Source of the DNA: Narcine bancroftii
Taxonomy: Eukaryota
Reading direction: 5' to 3'
Length of the DNA: 64,000 bases
NCBI RefSeq assembly: GCF_036971445.1
Contig: NC_091474.1
Coordinates: 27,342,001-27,406,000 of the forward strand
In this document: one piece after another, positions 25,647 to 36,871 of the stretch
How positions within the stretch are numbered: the first letter of the stretch is position 1
How the letters are laid out: every line of letters starts with the position of its first letter
Made by a program: the position numbers and the translations under genes
Notes under the pieces: model-generated
What the model was told of the DNA's origin: nothing
The model's input: only the letters and a program-made list of their open reading frames with translations
The model's database searches: none

Positions 25647-26894
25647 GTGAGTAAACCAATAGGACACGCCAGATACCAACTGGATGAGTTGTTGCCCTCT
25701 CAGGAGTTGGAAAGTGATGGGGAGCTGCAGGGGGTATTGGCCAACCTTGTGCTCAATGGCAGTCAAACCCTGCTCCAATGGGGAATCCTCATCTCCATTG
25801 CAGTTCACTTCTAGCCCCCTTTTCCATGAATCCCACCAGTGTCTCTCTCCATCCAGATTTCTGCACTAAATATACTTATGAACAAACAGGAAGTTTTGGC
25901 AGTATCTGGCCCTTGTACTCTGGGACTCTAACCCTGTCTCTCCAGCCCATCTAATATGCCCCATAACATAACTCCTTTTTCAAGATCAAACTTTGTTCAG
26001 CCTCTCTAATATTTTTCTGCTCTGTACTATGCCCAAAACGTGCTGGGGAAACTCAGCAGGTCACACAGCATCCACAGGAAGTAAAGGACAATCAATATCT
26101 TGGACTTGGGAATGTGGAAAAACTGGCGGGTGTTTGAATAAAAAGGTGGAGGGGGAGGGAGGGAAGGGAAAGGGAAGGAGGGAGGAATGGGGGGGAAGGG
26201 AAAAGGGAGGAGGAAGGAAGGGGAGGAACACAGGCTAACAGGCAAAAGGTAATGTGGATAGAGGTGGGAGGGTAGAAGGGAAAGAAGCTGAGAAGTGATG
26301 CGGAGAGGACAGGGCTAAGAAAGATAAGAGAAGGAAGGGAAGTGGGAGCTGGAGGAAAGGAGACAGAAGGATAGGGAAAGAGAGGGAGGGGGTTAATGGA
26401 CATTGAAGAAATTGATATTCATGCCATCTGGTTGGAAACTGCAGAGGGAATATAAGGCTTTGGTCATAGAGGCTTACGGTGTAGAATCAGTTCTTTTGTC
26501 TGCCTAATTTACGCTGCCTGTGATACCTATCGACATTGATCCCATTTGCTCACAGTAGGTGCATAGCCCAATGTGCTTTTGATGATTCAAGCATTTGTCT
26601 AGATGCCTCTCCACCACAGAGCAGTGCATTCAAAACTCCCTCTTGTGAGAAAGAAGTTTCCCCACCCCCCCTCCAATTCCCTCTGAGCTCCTCTTCTCAC
26701 TTTAGACCAGTGTCTCTTTTGTCTTCAACATCCCCACCAATGGAAAGATATTGATTTTTATTTTCCCCTTCATAATTTTGGGCACCTCCATCAGGTCTCC
26801 CCGCAACCTCCTCCACTGCAGGATGTCACTTTGCTTTGTGGAATGCTGCAAAGGTGAGGAGGTAACTCAGATAATGGTGTGTTTGTTCTTCTAG

Positions 26895-26946
26895 GATGTC
26901 CTCTGGTCTTGTGTCTCAGATGGATCACTCTATTCCAGAGGTGTAA
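26895..26946 (+). CDS. SDCBP2: Syntenin-2 last coding exon (MSSGLVSQMDHSIPEV-stop)
   Basis: Acceptor ttcttctAG, TAA at 26944-26946, C-terminal MDH(S/T)IPE syntenin signature. All exons join in frame to 873 nt. Confidence 0.94.
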
Positions 26947-27422
26947 GAGCTACTTGGCTTTCGAGTTCACTGCAAATGGCCTTCAGCAGGATTCCAGTCT
27001 CAACTGCCTGACTGGAACGAAGCAGTGAGACTTCTGTTCTGCCCTGTACATTACGTTGGTGTGGAAAGGGTATACTCTGGTCTTGTCTTCTCTCACTTTT
27101 ATTCTTGGGATTTCTCTCTCAATGCATGATATTGGCTAACGTAATTATGGACACAATTTCTATCAGAACTTCAAGAGCAGGCAGTGCAAAAGGAACAGGT
27201 TTTCAAGTATAATTATGGATTAATAACCAATGAGAATTAATAATAGTTCTTGGAGTCATGTTATAAAAGTAGAAAGTATATAAAAGTATAAAAGTAGAAT
27301 GTGGTACACAGTTAATCCATGACTAAAGCAGAAACCACTTTGAACACGAGGTGTATCGCATGACCATTGGTAATACATCATGCCCAGTTGCTGAGCGCAC
27401 ACACTACAGATGAGCAATTAGC

Positions 27423-27428
27423 AATAAA
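27423..27428 (+). terminator. Candidate polyadenylation signal of SDCBP2
   Basis: AATAAA about 480 nt after the stop codon; an alternative ATTAAA lies at 27691. Confidence 0.4.
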
Positions 27429-28439
27429 ATGGCCGTCTGAGGTTTCTATCTGGTAAACCGAGGTGTGCAGAGTTGCTCCATTACCAACCCAACTACTTTA
27501 GCATCCGGGCAGGCTGACATTGATCCAGTTTCCTGCGCAAACTGGGCAGCAGTCTCATTTATGCATATCTATTGTTGCCACTCACACCAAAACTAATTCC
27601 TGGCAACTAATTCATGATCTCAGCATGAGAAATGCTGCCTCAGTTTTCTTGTAACTTTCAAATGTAGCTAATAGAAGCATAATGTTAATCATTAAAACTG
27701 CTGTACCTTGCATCACAAACCCTCAGGTCACAATTCTTATCAGTAGTGCAATTCAGGACCAAGCAAGGTACTATAACAACTTGTGTTTCCTGTTAAAGTG
27801 GCTCCTAAAGATTGTGGCACCAGACTAATCGATTATCCACAGCGGACAGAATGGCTGGAGGAACCCAGCAGGTCAGATGGCATCCATGGGTAGAAATGGT
27901 CAGTCAATGTTTTGGGTCTGAACCCTTTATCAAGACTAAGATAGGTGAAGTTAGATATATTAAGGGGGAAGCTGGGGGAAGGGCCCTGAGGAGATATAGG
28001 GCAGAAGATGTGGGAGGTGGAGAGACAAGTAGAGGGAAAGACCATTAGGAAGGAAAGAGGGGAAGGAACATTGTTAGAGAAAAAAATGTCCAAGAGTAGG
28101 TAACAAAGAGATGGAAACAGTGGAATCAGATGGGGGTTTGTGTTACCTAAAATCAGAAAAATGTTCATGCTGTCTTGAAGGAATATGATGTGTTGTTCAA
28201 GAGTACATTTGGCCTCACCCTGACAATGACTGAAACAGAGGTCAGACAGGTCAACTGTAGGAATGGTTGTGGGAGTTGAAAGGGTTACCTGCAGGAACCT
28301 CAAATTTAGACCCACAGAGTTCAGCAAAGTGGTCATGCAATCTGGGTTTGTTCTCACCAATGTAGATTTTCCAGACTATTGTATGTCTGTCAATACACAA
28401 TATTTTAAGAGTTCAAGGTGAGCTAGCTGAATTCAGAAG

Positions 28440-28720
28440 GAGTGTGAGAAACAAGACTGGTGTATTTAAAGGAGCATGGGAAGTGGTCCTTGGGGTGTTT
28501 AGACTGTGTGTGGTGAATGGACCTCTGGGGTGTTTAGAGTGTGTGAGGAATGGACCTTTGGGGCATTTAGAGACGGTGGGGAATGTGCCCTTGGGGTGTT
28601 TAGAGAGTGTGGGGAATGAGCTCCTGGGTTATTTAGAGAGAGTGTGGAGAACAAGCCCCTGGAGTGCTTGGAGAGAGCATGGGGAATTGGCCCTTGGGGT
28701 GTTTAGAGAGTGTGGAATAA
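28440..28720. repeat. Degenerate minisatellite, ~33-bp unit (tttagagagtgtggggaatg..cccttggggtg)
   Basis: About 8 imperfect units visible by eye. Confidence 0.8.
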
Positions 28721-29460
28721 AACCAGGTGTGTCTGATGCCAACCCTCAGGATTTTTGAATGAAAGGGGAGTAGAGTACTTGGGAGTTACTCTATTTAGCA
28801 TCTTTAATCTTGTGTAAGCTACAAAGGGTTAATGAAACAGGTGCACAGGACATGCCTGAAGAGGTAGTGCGCAAGGAACTTAAGGGAGGAGGAGAGAGCT
28901 AGGGCTGTGGGGTACTCCAGAGCATGAAGTGGGCAAAAGAACAATAATGTTCAGTAGGTAAAAGAAGTCAAGGTGTTGTCAAACACATGATGCCAAAGAG
29001 AAACAAATGCTGCAGCAGGGGGATTTTGTGAGCCTGGGAATTCCAAGCTGAGGTCTGATTCCCACCCCCAGTGCTCACAGTGCTGAGGACCCTAGATACG
29101 TCAGGTTATTTGTCCCTTGATGGGAGTGGGGTTTATCCTAGGTGAAGCTAATTTTTTTTTCTTATTCTTTCTCTCTTCTTTGGGGGGGAGGGTTCCTCTT
29201 ATTTTGTTCTTTCTCTCTATTATCTTTCTATTCTTTTTCTCCCTTTGGTTCAACATTGAATTTGCATTTTTGCAGTATTATTGTAATTTTTCTTTCTTTA
29301 TTATAATTGAATCACATGTTGACTCTTCTCACTTTCTTTATGTGGATCAATATTTATACTGTTTTGTTAATATTATGGATATTGATGCTTTTCTTTTTGA
29401 TTATTCTTCATTTTGACTGCATGTTGATTAAAAATTCTCAATAAAATATTCAAAAAATAT

Positions 29461-31687
29461 ATAATTTCAGATTTGCTGTGTCCTGTAGGAAGTTGGAGAA
29501 ACATTAATCTTTATTGAATTTTGAATGTTTAATCTCATCATGATGTTGACACATTATGTTAGTTCAACTAACCTAAAAATGTTTTGCCACTGATTTTCAT
29601 TTGTACTCAGCATCTGATGCCTCCCGTGTCAGTGTCCAGCAATAGTCGGCCAGCATTGATGGATTCCAGTTGCCTTGATACCACTTTTCCACAGTCTCAA
29701 TGTCCTGGTGAAATCTTTCACCATGTTTGTCACTAACTTCACCAAGATCAGAAGGGAAGACGTCCAAGTGCAACTGCATGTTGCACTTGATAGTTTTGTA
29801 TGCTTTTTTTCTTTGGAAAGGATAGTAAAAGTAAAAAGACCCCCCCCCCCAAAAAAAAAGATTAAAAAAGCAGTACTACTCCCTTCTATTTTCAGGAAGT
29901 GACCAATGCCACTAAGTGGCCAACGACTCCGGAAGGAGAAACAAACAAAACCATCTCCCCTGAACAGAATAATAAGGAAAAAATCAACAGTCATCAAAAA
30001 TAACTCAATTTCAGTTCATTTGTGACATTCTATGAACCATTTCTTCTCTTGAGCCAACTTCACCTGTTGAGAAAACTGATTTTGACTCCCCTTCTGTTTG
30101 TTGTCAAACAATGAATTAGCAAATAAAAGAGCATAATCTTCATCAGCGAAGAAATGTTTGAAATTCTCCATTAAAAAAAAAACTAAGTGTGGCAGGGTAT
30201 CTAAAAGTGAGGTTATAACCTTTTTTCCATAACACAGCCTTGACAGGATTAATAATGGTTTGACTCAAATCTGCATAGAAAAATGCTGTTATTTCCATCC
30301 AATAAAGGGGTCTGGTGTTTTCTTGCATTCTGTACTGCAACTCTCAATATCATTTCCTTATCTTGATAATGAAAACATCTAATTAGAATACAGCATGGCT
30401 GTTGACCCAGAAAAGGCTTCCTCCTAATAGCTCTATACCACTCCAAACCATTTGGAAAATATTCATTTCCCAAATCTTTCTGAAAGAATTGTACCAGATC
30501 TGAACCTTCAAAATCTTCAGGCAAACCCACAATTTTCACATTATTTCTACGACTTTGATTTTCCAAAACATCATTTCTTTCAGCAATTCTTTTCTCTAAA
30601 CTTCCCAAGCAATACAAGAATCCTCCAATTTGCCAACTGTGTCTTTCCATTGCACCACATCATGATAATCTTGAAAATCTTCAATTTTTTGAAATTTAAT
30701 CAGAATTTTATCCACCATCTTCACATATTTTAAAGCATTAGTCTTAATAATAAACATTTCTTCTTTCATACTGCTAGATCTTGTTTCAAATTGGTCTTTA
30801 ATAGACATAAAACCCTGACTCATTTGAGTTGATAATGTTTGAATCTGTATCCAATTGACTTAATGAGTCCACATAATAAGAAACTATAGAAGCTCCAACT
30901 TTACCTTCTTCAGCCACATATTGAGATTGGGGCCTTCCCTGATGTATCACTGTCTCCTCTTTCTCCGTTACTGGTAAAGTATCCTCTTCTTCATCGATGT
31001 AAGCATTTGTTCAACCTGTCTACGGGGTTAAGACTTCTCCCTCAGCATTCCAGAAGCACTGGGCTGCAACGGTTCAGCCTTCCCCACAAGCCATGTCATG
31101 ACCTGTGTCACGCACATGCATGGAGATCTGCGCGTGCGTGGTTGATCTTGTAATTCCGAGAGCTGAAGCTACTGTTTTCGAGCTCCAGCACCCTCTTCCT
31201 TGGTTCCCCGAGGAGGTGGCACTGGAGTTACCTGAAACTTCGCTGGGACTTGCCGAGTTGATCTTGGAGGAAGAGGAGGCGAGTCTCCAGGATCCACTTC
31301 TAAGGTAGGCCCCAATTTCTCAGTACTTATCGTTTCTTTTGGAGTCACTTTCTTCATTGAATGTGTCCTGTTTTTTTCCCCATAGTTTCTGTTATAATTC
31401 ATTTTTTAAACAAGTTTTAATACTGTTTTTTATTAAAAAATGTCTAAAAGTCAGAAAAATAGTTTTGACGGGAGATGTGTCTACGTTTCCCACCTATGCC
31501 ATCATGCCACGCACGCCCCTCCCGCTCCACCGATGGTTTTGTATGCTTGAAGCACATTTAAAAAAACAGGAAATCACAAAAATAGGTTATATATTTTAAA
31601 AAAGTATGATATGAAATGTTAAGGTGATTTTCATATCCATAAAATACACCCAAAACTGTTTAGAAAGCAAAATCTTTGTTGTCCAGT
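29461..31687 (-). mobile_element. Second Chapaev3-like element, split by an L1-derived insertion
   Basis: 29461-29805 and 31532-31687 are collinear with the two halves of 12081-12629. ORF 29597..29779 contains HLDVFPSDLGEVSDKHGERFHQDI. Confidence 0.7.
29806..31531 (-). mobile_element. L1-derived element carrying only a decayed ORF1 (HAL1-like)
   Basis: ORF1p motifs LENQSRRNNVKIVGLPE, ILIRCFHYQDKE and FYADLS...FRYPATL; GC-rich 5' end; A-tail; 17-bp TSD with one mismatch (29789-29805 / 31532-31548); no ORF2. Confidence 0.75.
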
Positions 31688-31838
31688 TAATGCATCAAAT
31701 GTAGAGCAACCTGAACCATGGGTTAACCTCTCCTCTTCTGAGGAAAGACCCATTCTGTGTTTCCTGACAAAATTTAACATGTACTGGGATTTTTTTTAAC
31801 TACAGCATTTACACAAGGAGCTCAGAGGTTTCATGTGT

Positions 31839-31844
31839 TTTATT
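31839..31844 (-). terminator. Candidate polyadenylation signal of SNPH (3' UTR ~2.95 kb)
   Basis: Minus-strand AATAAA preceded by TGTA and followed by GT-rich sequence, at the edge of unique sequence next to a TE block. Confidence 0.45.
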
Positions 31845-34392
31845 TCATGTACACTTCACGCTGATTGCTACAGAATCAGTGGTACAAGTGACAAAAAGAA
31901 ACAGAGATGAAAGCCCTCAATTGTCTGTTGGACAGCAGCAGGGTCTGCGTTAGGCTGGTACACAGCAGACTTCAACCCTTTGTGACCAGTGCCTTGTAAA
32001 CATACACACACCTGTACCACACACATACAACACAAAAACTTAGACAGACCCAAAACAAAGACATCAAATTAAATAATCACTTGTTTTCTAGCCAGAACTT
32101 GACGCTGCAGTGCATGAGCAGAGGGAAATCTGGCAGGGTAGGTATGTCCCATTAGAAACAGGAAGTGAGGTTCCTCATTCAGGAACACACAAAATATATT
32201 TGGACACATCATCCCCTCCCAACCACTTACCACCCTGAATTGGGAATGTAACATTGTGTGTTGGATGATCACTTGGCCCCATCAGCACAAGGAGTGCCAA
32301 TGAATCATGGGGTCTTTTTTATCTTCTGTGGGTAACAAGGAGACTGGGCAAAAATTCCAGCCATCCCCACGCCTTACAGAAATAATTTAAATTGCTACAC
32401 TTCTATAATTATAATTTTCTTTAGAGCTCATTTTAAACCACGATGAATTCATATGTTTCTGAACATTTAGAAAGAACATGCTGGAAACTTCACTACCTAA
32501 TTAAGATTAATCACTGCACAAACAGATTTTCAATCTTGTAAATTTGAAATAATTTACATTCCCTGAACAAGAATCTTTTGGTGAATCTTGCTCTGAAACT
32601 GCCTGAAATTTATTCTTGTTGTCAGGGCTATTTACTATTTTGAGTCTTGATAGGTGCCCCACTATTTTAGAATTTAATTTAAAAGTCTGATAATCCAGTA
32701 GAACCCTTGTGTTCATAGGTGTCAACTATATCCCACCCGACCGTCCCGGATGAAGAACAGATCAGGGATTCGACTATTTGAATTGGGTTGAGGGAGATTC
32801 AAAGTTGAATGATTGCCTTGCATCCCGAGACCAACCCACCTTTGATCTGTTACCAAGGATTGATTGGTATCAGTGGGGTCCAATATTGTGACTGACTCTC
32901 ATCCCTCTTTACCCCAGGGCCTTGGTCAATGATAGGCCAAGTCAAAGTTGTTTCTTTTGAGAATTTTATAATAAAAGTCTTCGATAGCACCATTTTGAGG
33001 AGGGTGAACTTGCTGGAAATGGTAGGATACTGCACCATCTTCCTGAGAAATAAACCCTCATCTATTGTAACCTTGCTTTGCAGCATCATCTCCAACTGGT
33101 GATGCCCGTCTAGGCTTTAATGCCAGATTCGGAGGTCAAATCCAACCCAGACTAAGTCAAGGACACCCCTTCTCCTTCTGCTGGTTAAAAGTAAGGAGGA
33201 ATGATGACGAGCCATCCGAGCCTGTTTACAAATTAATTCAAGCTGCTTTAGACCTCAACTAGGAATTAGGTTTACCACCTCACTCAGAATCCATTGATCC
33301 TCTCACTAATTGAACAACAATGGAAGTTGCATCTGTCTCCCCCCCCCCCCCACCCCCCCAAAAATGGCAGCGTTGCCAGAGCTGCTGCAACAGCAGTGCT
33401 GCCACTGATGTGGACCTGGGGAGAGTGGAGACACAGTGCTGTCCTGAAGGATTCAACCGCCTGGTCCTCATGCTGGCGGCACCATTAAATGGCCTGTCGA
33501 AGGAGCCATTACGTTTGTAAGTAAAATCCTGCAACCACGAAGGATTGTGCCCAAGATGACGGCCCAAAAATCCCCCCTTTTCCACTTCCAAGAAGTTATA
33601 CAGCAAAACTAAACTTGGTACAAACATGACACACAGTTAACGTTAAAAATACGCAATAAATTAATTCAATTAATAGATAAACAAATAAATACAGTTGTCA
33701 CCACAGAAGAGGAGATGGACAAACAGTCTATTTACTGCAGTCGTACATCAATCTGGAAAGTGTTCTGGCTGACATTGAACAGTAACCAATAGTGTATTAA
33801 TGGGGCATTTTGTTACTGTGTTACTGATAAAGTGGTAATACAACTACTTTGTCTTAAAATAACAACCATAAGTCTTTGAACTGTGATAATAATGGTGGCA
33901 GACGTATTCTGATGCACTGCAGGGCATGCGATGGATCTTGTCCCAGCTTATCAGCACTCATTAGGTTATTTAGTCATTTCTCTATATTTTATATATATAT
34001 ATTATTTTAAAGTATATTTGTATATATCTGTCTGTATCAATGATTTGTTAACATTGATACCAAGAGTCTGATCAATGGTGGGAATGGTATGATTGTGTCT
34101 GAGTGGGAAATCACAGAGACAGTGTGTGTGGATGAGGAGAGGGGCAGATGCTGCTATTGGGAGGAATGATGAAAGCAGGGAAAAGTGTCTGGGAGAGGTG
34201 GGGGATCTCGTATTGAGAGTAGTGGATGGGGGTGGAGAATGCTGGGGTTGAAGTGGGGATGGGAATGGAAGGGGTGGGAGAGTGGGAGCTGAGGCAGGGA
34301 GAAGGAAGGGAATGGGAAAGGGGAGGGAGCAGGGAAGGGGGGAAAGGGGAGGGGGAAGAGCACAGCAGTCGGGTCGGGGAATGGGGAGGGGG

Positions 34393-34810
34393 CAGGGAAT
34401 GAGGAAGGGCAAGGGTAATGGAGCAGGGAATGAGGAAGGGCACGGGGTGGGGGCAGGGAATGAGAAAGGGCATGGGGAAGGGCAGAGGGAATGGTGAGCA
34501 GATGGTCCATTATGAAGAAGGGAGAGGCGCAGAGGTTGTGGATAAAGAGCAGGGAAGGAGGTGGTGCTAGGGGCTAGGAGGGGAAGTGGGGAGAGTGAGG
34601 ACAGGGAATGAGGAAGGGCACGGGTAATGGAGCAGGGAATGAGGAAGGGCACAGGGAGGGGGCAGGGTATGAGAAAGGGCATGGGGAAGGGGAGAGGGAA
34701 TGGTGAGCATATGGTCCATTATGAAGAAGGGAGAGGCGCAGAGGTTGGGGATAAAGAGCAGGGAAGGAGGTGGTGCTAGGGGCTAGGAGGGGAAGTGGGG
34801 AGAGTGAGGA
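34393..34810. repeat. 209-bp direct tandem duplication (34393-34601 / 34602-34810) built partly from ~29-bp purine-rich subunits
   Basis: The two copies align directly with few substitutions; the repeat overlaps the SNPH stop codon. Confidence 0.9.
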
Positions 34811-35746
34811 GGTTCACTGGTGCTCAACTGGCGCAAAGAATGCAGGGCCACGACGCAGCAACTGCGCAGCAATACCCCAATGTTGTAGAGAGGTTGGGTG
34901 CTCCCTCGGTGGGTGGCAAACAGCCACAGCAGGGTGGGGAAAGCAGGCACAGTTACAGCCAGCAGGTCCACAATATAGTAGCGGCTCCAGTGGGTCCGCC
35001 GGTTACCCGCTCCCTCCTCCGTGCCCCATCCTGGCATCTCGGGCAGCACACCAGTGGCCGATTGGTTATTGATCAGCCTCATATCCAGGAACCCACAGGG
35101 GCTTGAGTCTGTCTGTTGGTCGGGGAGGCCTCTCCGGGTCGCTGCTTCTGACACAAGGCTGCTCGGACTGCAAGCTCTGGACCTCAGCACCCTCTCAGCC
35201 ATCTCTTCCAAGTCCAGATCGCGGGGAAAGCAGTCAGTCTGGATGCTCTGGTCCTGAAGACTGACCTGCTGGCTCGCAGGAACAGGCTCACGGTCCAGCA
35301 GCAGTTTGGGCCTCACAGTGAAGCTGGGCCCCTCAATTGCTCGGTCCATCCCAGAAGCAAGGGAACTGTGGTGGGCCACGAGAGATCCTTCAGTGCCCTG
35401 GAAGTCTCCCACATGCTCGCTCAGCTTGGTGTAGGTGGAGCTGCGGGTCAGCTTGGCCGGGGAGCTAGAGGTGGACCGAGAGGTCCCATCCTGAGCTAAC
35501 TCCATACTGTGCAGCAAGGTCTCCAACTTCTTGTTCTGGATGTTGATGTCTATGAAGTATTTCTGGATGCCCTTGTCCTTCTCAACCAGGTTGTTCTTGA
35601 CTGTCTCAATCACCTGCTTCAGTTGCTTAATCTCCTTCCTGGCCTCCTTCAGCGACAGTTGAGCTTCCACACGGTGACATTCCTCCTCAATCCAGTCCTC
35701 CTGCATCCTGGACAGCTGCAGTTTCAGGTCCTCCACCTCGCTCGCC
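34783..35746 (-). CDS. SNPH: Syntaphilin last coding exon (coiled coil to C-terminal membrane anchor)
   Basis: ORF 34783..35736: QLSRMQEDWIEEECHRVEAQLSLKEARKEIKQLKQVIETVKNNL...YIVDLLAV...YNI..LLR.CC.VALHSLR, matching syntaphilin better than syntabulin. Acceptor tttgacAG, phase 2, TAG stop. Confidence 0.95.
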
Positions 35747-36721
35747 CTGTCAAACCCACAGCATACCCTGTCAGTCAGCCGTCTCCAACCCCTCAGCCCT
35801 CCAGATCACAACCCATCTGTTGCATAACCTCCACTTCACATCCCCAACCATCTACCAAATGTCTAGCAACCAACCCTCAGCGTTCCTTATTCTTGTAAGG
35901 TGGCTGCCACTGCTCAATTCTACAAATACTTAGGTGAGGAAGTGCTTGGCTTCAATGCTTGGGTCATCTTCTGCCGCAACTGGCTTCTGCCCCACAGGAA
36001 ATCATTGAATTTCTCCACTGAAATATTTATCCCTTTTCACCCCAAAGCTGGGTCACATCCATAGACAGAGGACCAGAAATAGGTCATTCAGCCCACTGAG
36101 TCTGTCCAACCATTTAATCACGAGTTGATCCATTTTCCCACTCTGCTCCATTGCCCAATCTTCACCCCATAACCTCTGATGCCCTGGCTAATCAAGAACC
36201 TGTCAATCTCTGCCTTAAATACACCCAATGACCTGGCCTCCCCAACCATCTGTACCACCCTCTGGCTAAAGAAATTCCTCTGCATCTCTGTTCTAAGCAG
36301 GCACCCTTCAATCCTGAAGTTATACCCTCATCATATATTCTCCCACCATGGGAAACAACCTTCCCAAATCATGTCCTCATCACCCTAGTTTCTGCACTAG
36401 GGATAGCAACACCGAACATTTATAAGTCATGCTGATATACCAAGAGTGCTTCACAAGCCATTTTCAAGCAAGAATCCAATTCAGTGGCAGAGAAAAGATC
36501 TTTGGACAGGTGACCAGGAGTTGGCCCCAGGTTTGGCATCGAATGAGGTGGACCCAGTCAGTCTGTGTATAAGATCTTATCTTGTCAGTGTGGAATGGGT
36601 CACTTCACTGAACAGGTCCCACATTATGCAGAGTTGAGGTATGCCAGGCTGGCAAACGGGCAGTCCTAGGCCCTCCTTCTTCTCCACAACAGCCCCAGGC
36701 TACACCCCTCCTCATCCGTAC

Positions 36722-36871
36722 CTCTCATCCAGCTTCTCTTCCGTCTCCTTCAGCTTTGCCCTCAGGTGTCGGATGCAGACTTCCTTCTGCTGCAGGGGGG
36801 TCAGGTACTGTTCCGGAGTTGGAGGTTTGATGCCATGGTTATCACTGCAGGAGGAATATTTACTGGAGCGT
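36722..36871 (-). CDS. SNPH: Syntaphilin internal exon (RSSKYSSCSDNHGIKPPTPEQYLTPLQQKEVCIRHLRAKLKETEEKLDER)
   Basis: Acceptor ccctctacAG, donor GTACGG, 150 nt, phase 2 to 2. SDNHGIKPPTPEQYLTPLQQKEVCIRHL is characteristic of SNPH. Confidence 0.96.

Noticed and set aside
28440-28720. Regularly spaced ~33-bp repeats resembling a CRISPR array
   Set aside because: There are no unique spacers and no cas genes, and the context is eukaryotic; this is an ordinary degenerate minisatellite.
34002-34682. 226-aa Pro-rich ORF downstream of SNPH
   Set aside because: It is a by-product of a stop-poor C/T-rich repeat and has no recognisable domain.
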